From: Podarcis pityusensis | Taxonomy: Eukaryota | NCBI GenBank assembly: GCA_964106645.2 | Contig: OZ067043.1 | Strand: one strand, 5' to 3' | DNA length: 64,000 nt | In this document: positions 12,731 through 25,191 of the stretch, one piece after another | How the letters are laid out: every line of letters starts with the position of its first letter | Numbering within the stretch: the first letter of the stretch is position 1 | The notes under the pieces: model-generated | Seen by the model: only the letters and a program-made list of their open reading frames with translations | What the model was told of the DNA's origin: nothing | Database searches by the model: none | Position numbers and translations under genes: made by a program

Positions 12731-14441
12731 AATCCACTCTCCATTTATTTATTTCCCTTCCCTTCCCTTCCCCACCTGAACAAACCTTCCCAGCTTTGGG
12801 AAGGCAGCAAGTTACGCCAGTTTCCCAAAGCTTGGTTAGTAAGGTGGCAGGCTTTGCGAAGGAGGTGTGAGGGCTCCTAGAGCCCTCCTTCCTCCTTCCC
12901 AAAGCTGATCAAGCACTTACTAGGCTTTCGTAAATAAGTAGGAGGACTTGAGGCCCCTATGAGAGCCCTCCTGCCTTCTTCCCAAAGCCAGGCAAACAGC
13001 CCTCCACCTTGCAGTGGGGGACGGTTCCGGGAGTTACTGGCTTTAAGCGATTTTGCTTATAGGCATGATGGCCAGGAACCTAATCCCCATGAAAGATGCA
13101 AGTTACATGAAGGGGTGTGGGAAGCTGATTCTCAGAGAAGCTAAGCCTTGCTTGCAGTTTGTTTTAGTTTTGAGCAGAACAGGAAGAAAATACAAAATTT
13201 TCATTTCCCGGACCTTTACACAAACCAAATCAAAGCTCTTCTTTGAAATTTGCACTTCTGTTAATTCTGCAGTGTAATACTCCAATCAAAGAATGTGTAC
13301 CAAAATACATATATTTCTTATATATGTAGTATTAGAATTGTTTTTATTATTAATGGCAATATTCAAAAACCAAAGGGGGGAACACCTAAACCTCACTCTG
13401 GCACATATCACAGTGGCCATACTGGAACAAAGAAATATCAAAGAGAGACTACAACATGAAACTGCTGAATTACAATTCACCAAGAAGTTTAATGCTAGCA
13501 CTTGTAGATCAAATCAGGACAAATAAGAGTTTCGCAACATTGCAGGTGTTGACTGGTAGTGCCAATATGTCCCTGTTCTTTCTACATTTAATTTTCCTCC
13601 AGTTTCACTGTTTACAACCCTGCTCCACAAAAACCATGTGCATATAATACCTGTAACTCTGTGCATATGATGAATGGACTTTCGTCTACAAAAACTTATA
13701 CCTTTCTAGTGGTTTCCTTACGGCCTGGCCTGGTGTCACTTTTCTGTTGTTTATTCTCCTACCTCAGGTGTGTGAACTTGAAAATCACATTCTGCTTTGA
13801 CCCGATCAAGCTGAGGAACCGAATAGTGTTCTTACTCCTTAAATATGTATGCAAAAACTAAAAATAAGACAGAAAATGGAGTTAGAATCACTGCTGTAAA
13901 TGCATTAACTATTTAGGACAAGTGCAATATTTCCAAATCAGCAGTATCTGGCTGGCTGTTTGTTTCACTGCAGAGGTGACCTTTGAATTTCAAAACCAAT
14001 CACCCCTTCGCTGAAGGAGATTTGGATCTTGGTAATTTTTTAATGGCAGGTTCCTTAACAAGGATACATGGTAGTCCCATTCTTAAAACACCTTGTGTTA
14101 GCACTTTAACCGGAAGCTTTAATTTACATTGAACCAATTGACTTGAAGCAATTCCAGATGTTCAATCCCCACATTTAATGCTTAGCACAACAATATCAGT
14201 AGGCCTGATCCAGCACCAGTAGCACAACATAATGTGCCCTTTTAATGCCCCAGAAGTAGGGCACTCATTGTGCATCAAGAAAAAAGAGGAAATGCATCAC
14301 TTTTTTTTAAAGCACAGATTTGTATTAACATTATATATGATAATTTATTTCTACTGCTATCCTGATTTAGATTGTTACTACAATGACTACATCTCAAGAT
14401 CATGGGGGAGGCTGACCAGGTTATCTGTGTCCTTCCTAAAA

Positions 14442-14727
14442 TATACCCCCCAAGTGCCCCGGAAAAAACGGGACATCCCTTTTCTGTGAGAGATCATGAC
14501 GGCCATTTTGGGTGCCACGATCTCGCACTCTCTCGCACCATGCTCTTGCCGGCCAAAAGCACTTTCTCAGGGCCGTGATTGTGTGTTTTGGGGCACTGTG
14601 CAAGATCTCACTCTGAAAAAGCTCTTCATTCAGGTTGAGAGTGCAGCAAGAGTCACATGACTCACTCAGGAGTGCATCCCACAAGACGCACGTCCCAATT
14701 TTGGCTCCGGAAAAGTTGGACGGTATG
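14442..14727. mobile_element. hAT-like MITE
   Basis: Ends tatacccccc aag / gttggacggtatg with subterminal cgggac/gtccc motifs; no clear TSD. Confidence 0.5.
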
Positions 14728-16153
14728 CTAACAGTTCTGCTCAGGTGCTACTGACAGGCAATGCTGAGGGCCCTGCAGGATAAATATACATGATGGGAGG
14801 GCTAAAAAAATAGCCACTCACCCAAGATCACCAAGTGAGTATAATTTGATCAAGGCAGATCCCAGTTTATAGTCCAACCTGTTAGCCACTATGCTGCGCC
14901 ACCTCTCTCACACCACAAAGAAAAGAAAGAAAATCAGCGAAATGGAATGCACATAGTGTAAAATAGACTTCCTCAGCCTGGTACCCTCCAGGCCAGTGAT
15001 GGCTAGAGCTGATGGTGTTGTAGTCAAAAATATCTGGAGGGCACCAGGGAAACAGATTGTTTAAACTGTTTGAACACTGCAGACTAAGTCTCTTAACCAA
15101 ATACTGTGCCTCAGTTCTACAGCCATCATATGGGGACAATGGTTGTGTTCTGTAAAAGGTTGTGCAATGTTCATACCTTCTGCAGATTGAAGTTACTGTA
15201 TGTACCTGAAGATGCCAAAGCCACCTTCTCTAAATGTTCCTTTCTCTAAATGTTCCTAAAATACTTTTTTAAAACTGCAAACCCCTACTGCCACCTCATA
15301 CAGACAGATGCAAGAAATTACCATTACCAAAACAGTGTAAGAATAAATGAATATTTTAACATTGATTGCTAACTGGTAAATTAACAGAGAAAGCCTTGAG
15401 GCAGAGCATGCAGAAATTCACTGCTACTTTTAATATTACTATGAAATTGAAATTGTTTTCGGAGGGGTTCCTATTGCTTCTTTTCAATGTTGTTCTTTTC
15501 TAGTCTTGCCTGTCTAGATTTCAATATAAAAATTTCAGGTGTGTTTTCTTGGAGAATTATAAGATCTTGAACCTGGTAAAGAGTAGCAACTGAGGATGTC
15601 CAGTTAGTTTCTCACGTTCTCCCCGCCTCCTAAAAAAACAAGAACACCACTCTTCCTCTAAAGCATAGCACAATGCACCGAATATGCATGGAGTCAGAGG
15701 TAGGTAACAATCCCCCCTTCTCTCTTCGTTGCTTCCAGGGGAGAGACAGATTAGTTGCTCTTATCAGATGTCTGAACCGATCACTTGCACAGTTGCTTTT
15801 GAAATTAGAACTAAAGTCAGTATGTCAGTATGAGCTGCAAGTTTCCCTTCCTATTTTCAGGCTTCGTGTGAATTGCACAAGTTTTCAAAGGAGACCAGGG
15901 GACTTCCCCAGCTAACGACAAAGGAGGAATCAGTTTTAAATGGATTATACACTAAATTTAGTGGTCCTGACCCAATAAAGTTTGCCCACATTAGACCTCC
16001 TCTTGCATCAAGCACCTGCTTATGTCCAAGCTGCTCGTGCATAGTTGTTGTTGTTGTTGTTTAAAAAAAACAACACAAGGTAATTATACACAAGGTTAAA
16101 CACAAAAATATGTCTATTGTACATAGAGTCAATTCACAAGTGGTACTATATTT

Positions 16154-16473
16154 CTCTGGGGTTGCGGTGCTCATCTCGCTTTATTGGCCAAGGGAGCCGG
16201 CATACAGCTTCTGGGTCATGTGGCCAGCATGACTAAGCCGCTTCTGGCGAATGAGAGCAGCACACGGAAACACCGTTTACCTTCTCGCGAGAGCGGTACC
16301 TATTTATCTACTTGCACTTTTTTCGGCATGCTTTCGAACTGCTAGGTTGGCAGGAGCAGGGACCGAGCAATGGGAGCTCACCAGGTTGCGGGGATTCAAA
16401 CCACCGACCTTCTGACCGGCAAGTCCTAGGCTCTGTGGTTTAACCCACAGCGCTACTCACATCCCTTTACCTT
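16154..16473 (-). mobile_element. Sauria SINE, body antisense but tail in sense orientation
   Basis: 16154-16465 matches the minus-strand copy at 41911-42248; CCCTTTACCTTTA tail sits at the head end; 12-bp TSD TACTATATTTCT at 16144-16155 and 16474-16485. Confidence 0.92.
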
Positions 16474-17368
16474 TACTATATTTCTACAGCTTAACTTTGT
16501 AAGTTATACATTTTATGCATTGTTGTGAATATCTCTTTACGTGCTGGTTAGTTTAGGAAACCTAGACTGTATATACATGTAGTGCATTTCTTAATATTAT
16601 GTGTATAATACTGGGTGCTATAGTGTATATAATGTGTAAGAATTGCTTTGAGTGAATTTTTTATGAATCTCATGGGGGGGGGGATGAAATGCAACTGATC
16701 AAAGTCAAGGAGCAAGATGGGAATTAGAAAAAAAAAAGCTGTGCAGAGAAACTCAACAGAATATTTATTTAAATATTTATAGATTGCAATTTTCCTAAAA
16801 ATACAAGAAGTTGGTATACAATGTACAATCCCCCCCCCCCCGAAAATTCCATCCCTATCCCCAGCATTGTCCTTTTAGGGCAGCAATCCTACATCCACTA
16901 AGGGTTTGTCCACACTTCTGCTTGCCCCCCCACGCCCCCCCCATGGGAAACCTACTCCTTACCACTGAATTGGAGCAAATGTCAATCAGATTGACATTTC
17001 TGCAGACTGACGTTTGCTCTGATTCAGCAGTAAAGAGCAAGTTTTCCCAGGAAAAGTGGTAGGGCAAACAGAAAACCGCTCTGACCCATGCCTAGAATGC
17101 ATGGAATAAAAGAAACCACTGAGATCCGTGCTTTCCAGGCATGGGAGAAGTCAAGTGTGGATGGGCACTTACTCCTGAGTAAATCTCCTTCAGATGAACA
17201 GACTCTTATTCTAAGTGCACATTAAAAAGAGGGGGCTTAATGGCTCACACACGGATTAGATAAGATCCTTTAGCCAAGTTTACCATGGTCTTCTCTGCAC
17301 ATCCCACAGGTCTTGCCTTGGAACTTCAGAGCTCCAATCTGGGAAGTTGCTCTCCTTAAAATTGTTTT

Positions 17369-17369
<1 letters not shown>

Positions 17370-17408
<39 letters not shown>
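17370..17408. repeat. (AC)n microsatellite
   Basis: Direct observation. Confidence 0.95.
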
Positions 17409-17409
<1 letters not shown>

Positions 17410-18697
17410 AAAACCCCATTTCCACTGACTGTCTGCCTTTTAAATACCGGTAAATTCTACATTTGTTGAAAGTATAGCTTTTTCTATGCAGAAATTTAAA
17501 ATGTGGAAAATACAACTGAGCCCTATTCAAAACGCCCTTGTGCAGCTCTTGTTACCCACTGGTTTCAAAGAGACTATGCAATTCACCAAAGACTCATTGT
17601 GTACCTATTAAAAGTGTGTTAGCGGTCAAGAGAAAGAAATGCCCTCTAAAAAAGAAAAGGTCTACTGGGAATGATGTGTCGAATCAGAACCAAATCGAGT
17701 GCTGCCTTTGGCCCAAATGTCCAGGGGAGACAAAAGCCTTTCCCATAACAGTCACGGACCTTTCCGGTTCAGACTGTGTCTCATTATAAGTGGCCTTTGT
17801 GACCTCCTATAAAAACTCAACTATTTAAAATAAAACCAGAAGCCCAGCACTCCAACAGGAAGATTGGAGGGGGAAATAAAATATTTTATTAGGGGCTGGT
17901 AGTCCATAAACGTGAAAGAGTAAATAAAAACCACCCCCCATGGAAAAATTCAGTGAACAGGGGAGGTACAATAAATTATAGGGCTTGCAAGCCCTTTCGA
18001 TCAGCCAGTCTCTCTGTATTATGCAAAATGTCATTGTATGCCCAGCGTGTGCAGCTGAAATAGGACAAAAATTAATTACTTTTTTTTCAGGTAATTACCA
18101 TATGTATAAGTTTGCCCACTGTTCCGAGTTCCCTGAGAACACCAGTGTCAAGGAGCAGAATGTGGTGCGCTGTGGGGAGCCAGCTCCCTACCAACTTATT
18201 TAGTAAGCCAGCAGGCTACCAACCCCTAGTTAATATTTCAGCAGTAGCCTTCTCTGCTGTCGAGTTTGTTCCCTGAACCATTTATTGCATGTTCAAAATC
18301 TCAGTGGAGAAGTTGAAAAACAAAAGGCTTGTGCTGAAATGTTTTATTACAACTGGGACTGTATCTCTGGGAAGAGTCTCCATTTTTATTAATGTGAGCA
18401 CAGCAGGAATCAGCAAAACCCTGTTGGCACTGGTGGCTCAGCCATTAAGGAAAATGGGGCACAGCCCCACCAACCTCAGTCTGCTCTCAGCCAATCTCCA
18501 CCAACCTTCCAATTTACACCCAGTTCAGGGGGTGCCTGTCAGTTTCCTCTTCCTTAATCTCAAAGTTGGCTTTGTAGAACTCAGCAGGTAGGAGGACGGG
18601 GGTAAAATGAGAATTAGTTGGCTCTGCCTATCATAAGCTCTGGCTTCACCTTCTCTTGGTCTCCCTGCCTTCCACCCTACCAGTCCCAGCCACCACT

Positions 18698-18871
18698 GCC
18701 AGTTCAGCATTGGAATGGCCTCCCACAGAAGGTGGTGGACTCTCCTCCAATGGAGGTTTTTAAGCAGCGGTTGGGTGACCATCTGTCATGGATGCTTTAG
18801 TTGACATTCCTGCATTGCAGAGGTTTGGACTAGATGACCCTTGGGATACCTTCCAACCCTACAATTCTATG
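18698..18871 (+). mobile_element. CR1 LINE 3' fragment
   Basis: ggtggtggactctcct...ggaggtttttaagcag..gttgg...attcctgcattgcag..ttggactagatgacc...attctatg. Confidence 0.85.
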
Positions 18872-18993
18872 AGTATTATTGTTTTCTGAGGTGGAGACTA
18901 GGCCTCACTATACCTAGGCTGAGGCATACAATTTGGTATGCCCAGAAAATGGTATGGGTACATAAAATCATAGAACTGTAGGGACCCTGAGGG

Positions 18994-19543
18994 CAGTGGC
19001 ATTGCAAGGGGGAGCGGGGGGGGGGCGGTGCACCCCAGGTGCCATGTCTGGGGGGGGTGACAAGAAGGCACCCCAGAGGGGTGCTTGTCCCACCACCCCC
19101 AGGCGCGGCAGCGCAAGCAGCCATTGTGCCGCCGCAGCCGCATGTGGAAGATCCTCCGTTTGCAGCTGCAACCGCGAGCAGAGGATCCCGCCACCGTCCG
19201 TACGGCATTCGAGCAGCACCGGCAGCAAACCGCTACATACAACGCATGTGCGGTGTCGCACACATGTGCTGTACATAGCAATGCCGCACATGCCCACAAG
19301 CGGAGGATCCTGCTGCCATGAGCAGAGGATCCCACCAGAGGATCCATACAGCACTGGGCAGCACCAGCAGCAAACCACTATATACAACGCATGCACAGTG
19401 TCACATGCATGCACTGTAGGTAGTGACGCCGCACGTGCGCCCTATGTAGCGATACCATGTATGCGTCGTACGTAGCAGCACAATGCATGCATAGCCGGCA
19501 GTTTCACTCACCCCTGGTGTTGGTTAGCCTTCGTTCACCCCTG
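18994..19543. mobile_element. hAT-type MITE with internal ~145-bp tandem duplication, inserted in a minus-strand CR1-type tail
   Basis: Imperfect TIR CAGTGGCATTGCAAGG / CCTTCGTTCACCCCTG; TSD CCTGAGGG (18986-18993) / CCTGTGGG (19544-19551); flanks rejoin as aatcatagaactgta..gggaccctgagggtcacttagtccaa. Confidence 0.8.
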
Positions 19544-21864
19544 CCTGTGGGTCACTTAGTCCAATGCCCTGCAATGCACAAATCTCAGCTAAATAATCAA
19601 TAAAAATAATAAATGAAATTCTCTAAGACAAATCAAGGATGATGGCCTGATGATTTATCCAGCTTTGAAAAGATACTGTATTTTACTTAGAACACATCCA
19701 CATACTTCACTCATATGCTAGCTCTGTTTCTTGATAATTACCTACACTCAAATCCCCTATGAAGTTATCTGTAGATCATTCCTTGACATATTGGGACAAA
19801 GGAATATGTTGCATTGATTGTTTGCATTGTTGTGCATAGGTTAGTTACACTTCTTTTAGAAGTGCTAAATCCTTTGACAGCACCTCAGCCTCTTTGTGAA
19901 AACACCTCCATCATATCCAAGCAGATATGCAGTCCTCCCCATCCTAATGCTTTCTAGATGTTTTGGACCATGCTTCCGTCAGCCATGGTGAAGCAACCCC
20001 TGCTAGCGCCTGTAGCTCTTTTTAAAGCAGTCAAAGTTGTTGAGTTTTTGGGGGAAATCAAAATAGCCAATGACTATTACAAAACAATGTGAACATAAAT
20101 TGCACAACTGCAAAACAGAAAAAAACAAACATTGCATACACCAGAACAAGGCAAATCTACAATGTCAGCATCCCTAGGATTTAGCACTTGCACCATCCAG
20201 AAAGGTTGCTCTTATATTTCTTGCCGCTAGTGCAAATAGGGCCACCCTATAGCTGATGCACTTATCAACATTTGCCAACAACCATTTAATTTTCAAATCA
20301 TCTGGTTGACCTTCTAAGGCGAGCTTGCCAAGCAACCACAGTGCCACCTGCAAACTCCCAAAAACAAAACCCCTGGTATGCAGCAGCCAACATAAAACAC
20401 TGCAGACCCCTGTGACACCCTACAGGCCCCACATCCACCTGGTGAGGACTTCAAAACTACTACCACCTGCCCCTGGCTACCTACGCTGTTGCCATCAGCC
20501 CCAGCCAGAACAACCTGATCTAACTGGCATTTTAGAAAGGCAATAGGTGCTACAGTCCAATTCTCTGGAGAGAAGGTCAGGCAATTAAGACAGTGTAAAC
20601 TTCAATAATTGTAATAACAGCAAATGTAGACCCTGGTTCTTCTCCCAAGGAACTCCTGCATCTATCAATCATTATGACTTGATTGAACCAAATGAAATGT
20701 ATATAAATTTGAATTTTTGGAAGCAAGTTTGAGTTAGATTCCCGCTCTCATCATTTGTTTTAATCTTATCATCTTGTCATTGATCTTTGCTTCTTTCTAA
20801 CATGAAATTATCTGGCAGATCTTCTACATTTGTGTAATCTGGGTTTAGCTTCATAAAAGCCAGAAGAACGATAGTGCAGATCTTCATTCTTCTAAGGTAG
20901 TCCAGAAGACATATTAGAGCTGAGTAGATGGCCCTTGCAGCCAGGAGTTATCAAAACACAGGGAATTTCCATTCCAGGTTATAACTAGATAAATTTCTAT
21001 TTTTTTCTAAGTCAGTATGAAGCAATCTTTCCTGTGTTTTTTGGGATCACTTGGAGAAATGGCTGTAAACGAGGCAGCCGATGGTTGACTGAACACTAGC
21101 TGAGTGATAATATGCTATAAATGTCACCAACCTACAACTATTCTGTTAAAACACAACCCAGCCCTCGCTGCCCCCCAAAATTCATCCTATTATATGTATC
21201 CAGTCTTGGGGTAAATGGAAAAGAAGAGCTAGAGGGTTTCTGTGTGGGAGAATTCATTCATTCGGTGATTTCACAGTTGAGAGAATAGCCATCTCTGTAA
21301 AAGCCCTGGGATGATAACAAGGACTTGCTCCTTGATATGATAATCCCAGGAGTTTGAGATGTGGCGTAATGGTTAATAGGAACATGACAAGGAAGTCAGG
21401 CATGGGAAGAAAAGAGAAGTGTTATGGCAGGTAAATTGTGCAACCTTGAGCTATAGATTCCGAATTAAAAACACGAAGCACTGGAGCGAAAAGATGGCAC
21501 TGACAGTTGCCTGGAGCACACTAATAAGATGAACAGCCCCTACTGACAACTTGGTTGCTGTGTTGCTGAAATATTGTATGAAGCTCAACCCGAATGAGGC
21601 ATCAGTTCCCCTGCAAGTCCACCCCACCCCAAAAAGGAAGCTGAGTAAGCTTAAAGCTGCACGTGATTATTTTTTTTAAAAAAGGAGATTAACATGGCCA
21701 CCTCAGCCTGCCCAATAGCATCCCTGTGGGTGGGCCAGTGCATCTAGCAACCATTTGCTTGCAATACCCTATAGTGAACAATAAGGAAGGAAAGATTTCT
21801 TCCACCACGATAGGTTATACTGGGGTGCCACATTGTTTGGAACTAAACCTACACTGCCGCAAAC

Positions 21865-22003
21865 AGAAGTGCTATTTTTCTAGAAAAAGAGGTGGAGGAA
21901 CTCACCCTGAGTGCCTCCCTTGTTCTCTTATAATGGCAATGGCGCCCACCTGAGAGGTGCCGGAACTCAATTCCAGTGAGTTCCTGCTGGGGGAAAAGCC
22001 ATT
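21865..22003. mobile_element. Short hAT-like MITE
   Basis: agtgctatttttctagaaaaagaggtg..ggaactc...gagttcc..aaaagccattg; ends resemble those of 38242-38393. Confidence 0.55.
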
Positions 22004-22216
22004 GTTCTACGAACGCAAGGTGCATTCCTCAGTTTCTACCAATTTCCCTCTCCCTGTTGCAATCTCCTGCTACACCACAACCCATATCAGTCTGACAGCA
22101 ATCTGAACTCATACCTTCCTTCCACCATGCCTTGCAGAACCACTAAGTGTATGAACTGGGGCTCAGGTGAAGAATATCCAGCTACCATCTCCCTTGAACA
22201 TTGTATTTTATAGTTA

Positions 22217-22583
22217 CCGTATTTTTTGCACCATAACACTCACTTTTTTACTCCTAGAAAGTAAGGGGAAATGTCTGTGCGTGTTATAGAGCGAATGCCT
22301 GCGGGTGACGGGGGGGGGATCTGCTGCAGTCGTGAGCAGAGGATCCATGGTTCCCCTTCCTTCCCTCCTCCGTGGTTACAAAGCATGGATCCACATGGAT
22401 CCTCAGGATTTTTGCATTGGGCTACTCCAAACTCACTGTCAGATCACATGTCTGTGGCCACAGCATGAACCACAAAAATCATATATCCACTATTTCGTTT
22501 AGAATATTTTTTTTCTTGTTTTCCTCCTCTAAAAACTACGTGCGTGTTATGGTCTGGTGCGTGTTATAGAGCGAAAAATACGG
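22217..22583. mobile_element. Tc1/mariner-superfamily MITE with CCGTATTT termini
   Basis: TA|CCGTATTTTT...AAAAATACGG|TA; subterminal repeats gtgcgtgttata. Confidence 0.88.
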
Positions 22584-23029
22584 TATTTTGTGTTCTGAAT
22601 GAAAGACTTTCCAAAAAGAAGCAATTACAAAGTTACGATGGAGTCATAGCTTCTAGGGTGACCTTCAAAGCCCGGGGTGGGTTTTAATTGCATTTGTTTT
22701 GCATTAAGCCTTTAAAAAAGAAGACTTTTGTTTTAAAGACATGCCACTCCTTTTCATTATTACAAACAGAACTGAAAAAGTGTTGGGTAGGAATATGAGA
22801 AAGTTGCAACTGTTGGTTGAGACTGGATTCTCAGCGGGGCTTGCCCTATCATTAGGCAGAGGAAAGCGGCTGCTTTAGTTAGCTTGTAGGGCAGCTATTC
22901 ACTGGTTGGTTCATTTTATTTTTTACTGTCCAGGGAGGGGAAACATTTGTGGGACTTTCTGCCTCAGGTGCCAAAATAATTTGGGATCACTTGCTGCTCT
23001 CTGCCTTGGACTGCAACATATCTAGGTCT

Positions 23030-23301
23030 GACCCCGTTCACATTCACAGCATATTTTCAAAGCACTATGGTGCCACTTTAAACAGTCATGGCTTCTCCCA
23101 AAGAATTATGGGAGCTGCAATTTGTTAAGTTGTTTGGAGATGCCTATTCTCATAACTCTCAGAACTGTAGGTCAATGAAGGTGGGGGAGGGGTTTTCTAA
23201 CAACTCTCAGCACACTTAACAAACCATTTGGGATGCTGGAAAACCATAATGGTTTAAAGTAGCATCATAGTGCTTTAAATGTATGGTGTGAATATGGTCC
23301 C
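23030..23301. mobile_element. Palindromic MITE (PIF/Harbinger-like termini)
   Basis: Long imperfect inverted arms attcaca..aaagcactatg..actttaaac / gtttaaagt..catagtgcttt..tgtgaat. Confidence 0.65.
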
Positions 23302-24874
23302 TGATTCGTACATCCGTATTTGTGATAGGTGAAAAGAATTTAGGCATCACAGCACCATGATAGCCACATTCAGAAAGGTAGCCAGAAACTTCAAAGTCTT
23401 CTTTGCATGTTTCAATGTTCCTATGTCTCCCTGGAGGAAAAACAGTGCCAATTTTGTTATAGCTTCTCTGGGGTTGGCTTATTTTTGTGAATCTCACAAC
23501 AATGCTGGTGCCAAAAGTGCAAGGCTGACTGTTGTTTTCTGTGTCTTTTTGTATCTGTGCTGGAGGGGTATATTTCTCATTAGCTCCCGATAAAGGAAAC
23601 GCCATGAAGATTGCAGGCAACAAAGGCAGCAACTGAGTGAAATGGATTGTTGAACTATGAAAAAAGGCCAAACTTTTGATATCCAGCAGGTGCAGAGTCT
23701 GACCTTTACATGGAAAAACATGGCTTGAATCTAAATGGCTGCTTAAAATAGGTAAGTTATATAATATCTACCACTTTATATTCCGCAACCCAACAGATGG
23801 CTCACATAGCTAACTGCTAATTCATTTTTTAAAGCAGTTTGCCTACAAGAAGATGGGATTTTAAGTGGAAAGAACCCAATGCAAAGGTTAAAGAAGCTAG
23901 TCTTTTCAGGGCAAGATGACAGCTCTGGTTTCAACTGAAGTGACAAGCATAGACAGACAGTTGTCCACTTAGATCATTAGCTTATAGCCCTGTAGGCACT
24001 TCTCTCTTAAACACCTAAATGTCTATCTCTAACCCCTGCTTTTTTATTTTAAAAAGTTATTTAAAAACTGCATGCAGTAATTTTGATCATACCCTGTATA
24101 TTTACTACAGGGGTGCTTAACCACAGACCTGGAGGTCATATGCTACCCTTCAGGTCTCTTTATCCAGCCCTAAAGATTCTGCATAGGCCACACCCCAAGT
24201 CATACTTCTCATGGGCCCTTCTCCTGCCCCCATTGTGGGCTTTTGCTTGGCTGTGATATGCCCTTGAGCTGCGGTCACTTGCTTGCCTGCAGGGAGAGAT
24301 GTGAGGGTTGGTTGTGGTTGTTGAAAAGCTCAGACTTTTGTGTGGCTGGTTCCACCCACCACTCTGACATGCATCTCCTGGAAGTTTCCCTAGATGGGAA
24401 TGCAACCTTCAGGCTGAAAATGATTCCCTACCTCAGCAAGAGGTGTGGTAGCAGTTCATAGGATTGTCACCGCTCCATTTTTTTAAAGGTTGAATTGAAA
24501 GCACACTCAGATTTATGGTGTTTCTGGCCACCATTCTCCCCAATTTCTCCCCCCCCCCCCGCTACAAGCCACCAGAAATCAGATTTAACGTTAATATGAT
24601 GTCATGTAGTCAATGAGGTCAGGTTATTTGTTGGTGACCAGTGCCAAATCAGAGTGAGGGCAATGCTTTCTACTCTCATTTTGGTGGCTTACGGGTAAAA
24701 ATAAAGAGGTAAACATGCTTTTCTGCACTGAGAAGCGTTATTGCCACCTCCAGTAAGACTACCAGAAAGTGTGGGCAAACTGCTGCCCCCCCCCCAAATG
24801 CCCTTCCCCAACTTCATAGCCTGCATGCAAGGCATTATTTCGCTCCCATCGTACTGATTTTAGACAAACTTAGC

Positions 24875-25191
24875 CAGTGGCATAGCATGTGTTGCCAGCA
24901 CCCGGAACCACGCAGAAGGGTGGGTGGGAGAGAGGGAATAAGATGGAGTACACATGCACATTCAGCTGCCTAACAGTGCCTGCGTCACCCAGCAGATTGC
25001 AGCCTCAGAGATAAGCAAAGAATAGTCATTCTGGTGTCTGGAAGAGGTCACTTCCTCGTTTGCATGGAGAAGCTGTTTTCAACAGAGCCCAGTGACGGAA
25101 GCACACAGCTGTATTGAGGCAGCACCGGGTGTTGAAATTTTGCATCCCCTAACAATATTACGCCTCCTGCTCTCCCAACACCATGCCACTG
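24875..25191. mobile_element. hAT-type MITE
   Basis: TIR CAGTGGCAT / ATGCCACTG; perfect 8-bp TSD AACTTAGC (24867-24874, 25192-25199). Confidence 0.88.

Noticed and set aside
14770-14905. Apparent minus-strand exon with a GTGAGT donor
   Set aside because: Sequence resembles a decayed MIR/Squam3-like SINE
15226-15257. 16-bp tandem duplication (similar ones at 48578-48645 and 46843-46913)
   Set aside because: Ordinary slippage duplications; no spacer structure, not CRISPR-like
18876-19475. Cluster of 110-159-aa overlapping ORFs
   Set aside because: GC-rich MITE interior with few stop codons
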